A DNA stretch of 54,047 nt. Origin: a bacterium (GTDB taxonomy: Bacteria > Bacillota_I > Bacilli_A > RF39 > UBA660). The stretch is taken from assembly GCA_029218465.1 (NCBI GenBank), contig JAQXRJ010000022.1:1-54047 (forward strand), given 5' to 3'. The translations under genes and the position numbers were made by a program. Positions 50,713 through 54,047 of the stretch are shown here, piece after piece. The notes below the pieces were generated by a model, which was not told the DNA's origin, did not search any database, and saw only the letters and a program-made list of their open reading frames with translations. Position 1 is the stretch's first letter; every line of letters begins with the position of its first letter.

Positions 50713-51987
50713 TCAATGCGTATGCGCATCGATATATTCAGTTCGCGTCTTTGAATAAATAATCTTTTGACTGCTGTAAAGACCATAGTATCCGGACAGC
50801 ATATAACTGACAGCAATGGTAATCAGATAATAGGGCATCCCTTCAAAGCCAAACAGTTCGAAGGAAATCAGCAAGGAGGTAATCGGGCTGTTGGTCACAC
50901 CGCAGAACACACCGACCATACCGCAGCCGGCGCAGAGAGCAGCAGGAAGACCGAGGATTGGACCGATTACACAGCCCAGAGTGGCACCGATAAAGAACGA
51001 AGGAACGATTTCACCGCCTTTAAATCCGGCACCCAGGGTAGCTGCTGTAAAAATAATCTTCATCATAAACGCCCATGGCGGAACAGAGCCTTCAAAGCAG
51101 CGAGCAATCATCGGCATGCCGGCACCATTGTAATCAGTGGTATGTAAAAGCAGTGTCAGAAGAACAACAATTAAACCGCCGACAAAAACGCGAAGATACG
51201 GGTTGACAATGTATTTCTTGTATGTATGCTCGGAAAGATGCAGGGCAATGCAGAAGACAACACTGATGGCGGCAAAAGCAGCTGCAGCAAGAATTGTCTG
51301 ACCGACGGTAAGGGCTGTCAGAGCCGGGAGACTTGTAATCGGAAAAACTTCCGGCATAGCGCCAAAATGTCTGGCCAGCATGGAAGCTGTCAGAGATGAA
51401 ATAACACATGGTACCAAGGCAGAATAATGCATAATGCCGACGCTGATGACTTCCATAGAAAATACTGCGGCAGCCATCGGGGTACCGAATACAGCTGAGA
51501 AGCAGGCACTCATGCCGCACATAATCATCAGTTTCTTATCTTTTTCATCAAAATGAAAGGTCTGAGCCAGAAAATCACCGAGACTTCCGCCAATCTGCAG
51601 GGCAGCACCTTCACGACCGGCCGAACCGCCGAACAGATGGGTGATCAGCGTTGATACTAAGATTAGAGGTGCTACTTTAACAGAAATATGGTTGTCCGAC
51701 TGGATGGAGGACAGAACCAGATTGGTTCCGGTATTGTTGTACTGACCGCTTACCCTGTAGAGAAAAATAATCAGCAGACCGGCAAAGGGTAGCAGGTAAA
51801 TGAGTATGGGGTGAGCGGTTCGGCAGCCGGTCACAAAACTCATGGCATAATAAAAAATTGTTCCGACGGCTCCAACGAGAAGGCCTGTAAAGACGGCCGT
51901 AATCAGCCAGCGGATCAGTAAGATGACATTTTTTACAGATGGGGTAAAAAATGTTTTTAAATGTTCGATTTGGTCCTTGAAATTCAT
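50713..51987 (-). CDS. CLC-family anion channel/antiporter with CLC-F (fluoride/proton)-like motif variants
   Basis: GREGAALQIGG (gating Glu motif). GTNLV replaces GSGIP and GGEIVP replaces GxFxP. FGTPMAAAVFSMEV is also present. AGGAGA lies 6 nt upstream of the ATG at 51987 (MNFKDQ). The 20-codon extension in the track is rejected. Confidence 0.75.
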   Translation of the reverse strand: MNFKDQIEHLKTFFTPSVKNVILLIRWLITAVFTGLLVGAVGTIFYYAMSFVTGCRTAHPILIYLLPFAGLLIIFLYRVSGQYNNTGTNLVLSSIQSDNHISVKVAPLILVSTLITHLFGGSAGREGAALQIGGSLGDFLAQTFHFDEKDKKLMIMCGMSACFSAVFGTPMAAAVFSMEVISVGIMHYSALVPCVISSLTASMLARHFGAMPEVFPITSLPALTALTVGQTILAAAAFAAISVVFCIALHLSEHTYKKYIVNPYLRVFVGGLIVVLLTLLLHTTDYNGAGMPMIARCFEGSVPPWAFMMKIIFTAATLGAGFKGGEIVPSFFIGATLGCVIGPILGLPAALCAGCGMVGVFCGVTNSPITSLLISFELFGFEGMPYYLITIAVSYMLSGYYGLYSSQKIIYSKTRTEYIDAHTH

Positions 51988-52025
51988 CGTTTTATCTCCT
52001 GTTAAAGATTTAGTAAAGATAATTT

Positions 52026-52081
52026 GTAACTGTTCAGAGCCAAGCAAAATTTCAAAAAAGAGGTTAGCTCTGAACAGTTAC
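52026..52081. repeat. 15-bp perfect inverted repeat (26-nt spacer) at the predicted 5' end of the CLC transcript
   Basis: gtaactgttcagagc (52026-52040) and gctctgaacagttac (52067-52081). There is no adjacent U-run on either strand, so it is not a canonical terminator. Confidence 0.8.
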
Positions 52082-52090
52082 GATAATTTA

Positions 52091-52119
52091 ATTATAGTGA
52101 TTGTTGCACTGAAATGCAA
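52091..52119 (-). promoter_or_regulatory. predicted sigma-A promoter of the CLC gene
   Basis: Minus strand: -35 TTGCAT (52114-52119), 17-nt spacer, -10 TATAAT (52091-52096). The predicted start falls at the edge of the inverted repeat. Confidence 0.5.
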
Positions 52120-52142
52120 GGAAATAAGGGGTTTTGAGCTTA

Positions 52143-52171
52143 TTGACATCAAAAAAACGTCATTATATAAT
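52143..52171 (+). promoter_or_regulatory. consensus sigma-A promoter of the fumarate hydratase operon
   Basis: TTGACA (52143-52148), 17-nt spacer, TATAAT (52166-52171). The SD GGAGGA lies before the ATG at 52206. Confidence 0.7.
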
Positions 52172-52205
52172 AAATTTATCTGCTTAAAAAGTTACGGAGG
52201 AAGCT

Positions 52206-53048
52206 ATGAGAGAAATCAGTTGTAATGCGATTATCAGCAGTATCAAAGAAATGTGTATTCAGGCCACCCATTATTTGTCAGATGACATGAAGTCTGCACT
52301 TTACAAAGGTGTGGAGAAGGAAGAATCTCCGCTCGGACGTCAGATTCTGGAGCAGTTGTGCGAAAATTTGACGATTGCAGGGGAAGATATGATCCCAATT
52401 TGTCAGGATACGGGCATGGCTGTTGTTTTTGTTGAAATCGGGCAGGAAGTACATATTACGGATGGTGGTCTTGAGGATGCCATCAATGAGGGCGTCAGAC
52501 AGGGATATGTTGAAGGCTATCTGAGAAAGTCTGTTGTCAGTGATCCGATTGAAAGAGTGAATACTCAGGATAACACACCGGCTATCATTCATTATTCTAT
52601 TGTTCCGGGCGATAGATTCAGAATCACATTGGCACCGAAAGGATTCGGAAGCGAGAATATGAGCCGCGTTGTCATGCTGAAACCGGCAGATGGTATAGAA
52701 GGTGTGAAGAAAGTAATTTTAGAGACAGTTGATCTGGCAGGACCGAATGCCTGTCCGCCGATGGTGATCGGTGTTGGTGTCGGTGGTGATTTTGAAAAAA
52801 GTGCCATCATGGCCAAGCATGCATTGACACGAGCAGCAGGTGAGCATTCCTCTGTACCTTATGTACGTGCATTGGAGGAAGAGATGTTGGATAAGGTGAA
52901 CCGACTTGGAATCGGACCGGGTGGTTTAGGCGGAACAGTGACGGCATTTGCAGTGAATATCGAGACATATCCGACGCATATTGCAGGCCTGCCGGTAGCA
53001 GTTAATATATGCTGTCATGTGAATCGACATGTGACAAAAGAATTATAG
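52206..53048 (+). CDS. Fe-S-type hydro-lyase (class I fumarate hydratase / tartrate dehydratase family), alpha subunit
   Basis: 280 aa with the CQDTGMAVVFVEIG motif and a conserved Cys pattern, followed by the matching beta subunit. Confidence 0.8.
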   Translation: MREISCNAIISSIKEMCIQATHYLSDDMKSALYKGVEKEESPLGRQILEQLCENLTIAGEDMIPICQDTGMAVVFVEIGQEVHITDGGLEDAINEGVRQGYVEGYLRKSVVSDPIERVNTQDNTPAIIHYSIVPGDRFRITLAPKGFGSENMSRVVMLKPADGIEGVKKVILETVDLAGPNACPPMVIGVGVGGDFEKSAIMAKHALTRAAGEHSSVPYVRALEEEMLDKVNRLGIGPGGLGGTVTAFAVNIETYPTHIAGLPVAVNICCHVNRHVTKEL

Positions 53049-53057
53049 GAGGCGGTG

Positions 53058-53612
53058 ATGATGGACAGACATATAAAGGCACCATTAAATGATGATGAAG
53101 TGAAGATGCTGAAAGCCGGAGATTATGTATATATATCAGGTACCATTTATACGGCCAGGGATGCAGCACATAAGAGAATGTATGAAGCCCTTCAGAATGG
53201 GCAGGAAGTACCGATGCCCCTGAAGAATAATATTGTTTATTACATGGGACCGTCACCGGCCAGAGAAGGACGTCCGATTGGTTCGGCCGGACCGACAACC
53301 AGCAGCAGAATGGATAAGTATGCACCACTTCTCATGGACCAGGGATTAAAGGGTATGATCGGAAAAGGAAAGCGTTCTGCAGAAGTTCGGGAAGCAATTG
53401 TGAGAAATGGCGCTGTTTATTTTGCAGCAGTCGGAGGGGCAGGCGCACTTTTATCTAAAGCAGTTAAAAAGGCAGAAGTGATTGCTTATGATGACCTAGG
53501 AACAGAGGCAATCAGGAAACTGGAAGTGGAGAATCTTCCTGCAATCGTGGTCATTGACAGCGAAGGCAGTTACTTATATGAAGACGTAGCAAAAAAATAT
53601 CGAAAAATTTAA
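53058..53612 (+). CDS. Fe-S-type hydro-lyase (class I fumarate hydratase / tartrate dehydratase family), beta subunit
   Basis: About 184 aa with GTIYTARDAAHKR, GPTTSSRMD and GKGKRS motifs. The ATG at 53058 lies 5 nt after AGGAGG. Confidence 0.8.
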   Translation: MMDRHIKAPLNDDEVKMLKAGDYVYISGTIYTARDAAHKRMYEALQNGQEVPMPLKNNIVYYMGPSPAREGRPIGSAGPTTSSRMDKYAPLLMDQGLKGMIGKGKRSAEVREAIVRNGAVYFAAVGGAGALLSKAVKKAEVIAYDDLGTEAIRKLEVENLPAIVVIDSEGSYLYEDVAKKYRKI

Positions 53613-53620
53613 AAAAGTTG

Positions 53621-53649
53621 TTGACAAAAGGTTACAGTACCTGTATAAT
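53621..53649 (+). promoter_or_regulatory. perfect consensus sigma-A promoter upstream of tRNA-Ser
   Basis: TTGACA (53621-53626), 17-nt spacer, TATAAT (53644-53649). Confidence 0.75.
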
Positions 53650-53681
53650 AACAAATGCTCACTGCAATGACGGTGAGGACT

Positions 53682-53769
53682 GGAGAAATACTCAAGAGGC
53701 CGAAGAGGCGCCCCTGCTAAGGGTGTAGGTCGGGCAACCGGCGCGAGGGTTCAAATCCCTCTTTCTCCG
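53682..53769 (+). tRNA. tRNA-Ser (anticodon GCU), class II with a long variable arm; no encoded CCA
   Basis: Hand-folded. Acceptor GGAGAAA/TTTCTCC, anticodon stem CGCCC/GGGTG with loop CTGCTAA, long variable arm, T arm GAGGG-TTCAAAT-CCCTC, discriminator G. Confidence 0.85.
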
Positions 53770-53827
53770 CTGGAACATTTCCAGAAAACTTTGAAAAAAC
53801 TTTTTAAAAATAAATTAAAAAAAGTGC

Positions 53828-53856
53828 TTGACAAAGTTTGAAAGAAATGATATCCT
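53828..53856 (+). promoter_or_regulatory. rRNA operon promoter with an A/T-rich UP-like element
   Basis: TTGACA (53828-53833), 17-nt spacer ending in TGa, -10 TATCCT (53851-53856). Preceded by the A/T tract 53790-53822. Confidence 0.6.
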
Positions 53857-54009
53857 ATAACGGTCGGTGAAAAACACTGACTAAGAGAAAAGAACATTGA
53901 TAACTAAATAATAAAACAATCCCGAAAATTCCTAAAAAGAATTTTTAAGAACACAAACCAAAGTAAAACGGGAAGAGATAACAGCTAGCTGTGAATCTTA
54001 ACCAAAATC

Positions 54010-54047
<38 letters not shown>

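Noticed and set aside
51988-52205. Possible fluoride (crcB-type) riboswitch upstream of the CLC-F-like gene.
   Set aside because: I read the coding strand of the whole spacer and could not find the conserved GAUGG ... CUGAUGAU core. Only a simple 15-bp hairpin is present. A covariance-model search is still advisable.
47267-53328. About twenty long ORFs antisense to or overlapping gyrB, gyrA, the CLC gene and the fumarase genes. Examples: 47605-47808, 48296-48562, 48740-49090, 49379-49678, 50236-50676, 50767-51147, 51134-51520, 52278-52592 and 53002-53328.
   Set aside because: All lie opposite to or out of frame with strongly supported conserved genes, lack an SD, and have low-complexity Ser/Arg/Cys-rich translations. 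Their sudden appearance is a side effect of the higher GC (fewer random stops) to the right of the gyrB junction.

Overview
This window is centred on a chromosomal replication origin and is almost entirely core housekeeping DNA. I found no defence island, CRISPR array, transposase, integrase or prophage block, and I cannot support a previously undescribed multi-gene system here.

Layout:
- Positions 1 to about 41.1 kb are minus-strand genes in the classic Bacillota origin-proximal order: trxB, lgt, uvrA, uvrB, ftsE-ftsX-M23 peptidase, two YitT paralogs, prfB, a clpC-like gene, yfcC-like, lysS, RDD, dusB, ftsH, tilS, divIC-like, rpsR-ssb-rpsF, ychF, abgT-like, DUF951, parB-parA-noc, rsmG, mnmG, mnmE, jag, yidC, rnpA, rpmH.
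- One small plus-strand pair (XRE-type regulator and LemA) interrupts this run.
- The strand switch falls at oriC (about 41.17-41.48 kb, with DnaA-box variants).
- Plus-strand dnaA, dnaN, a ComK-like gene, recF, gyrB and gyrA follow.
- After gyrA come a minus-strand CLC channel, a two-subunit Fe-S fumarate hydratase, tRNA-Ser(GCU) and the first ~38 nt of a 16S rRNA.

The genetic code is standard. TGA is used as a stop, and prfB carries the canonical TGA +1 frameshift site.

The most striking signal is a quality or evolutionary anomaly, not a gene system. Base composition and codon style change abruptly and in frame inside gyrB at about 47.40 kb. By eye, GC is about 25% to the left and about 40-50% to the right. 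The window is therefore most likely a chimera of two different Bacillota genomes joined at a conserved gyrB block.

Secondary observations:
- A recurrent AAATTCG / TACGAAT motif sits in the uvrB and comK upstream regions.
- comK is an isolated transcription unit wedged between dnaN and recF.
- An uncharacterised Big_2 protein appears to be co-transcribed with ftsEX-M23.
- ftsH and noc carry unusual tails or insertions.
- The CLC gene has CLC-F-like motifs and a 15-bp perfect inverted repeat at its predicted 5' end.

All protein calls come from motif and architecture recognition by eye. No database search was possible.
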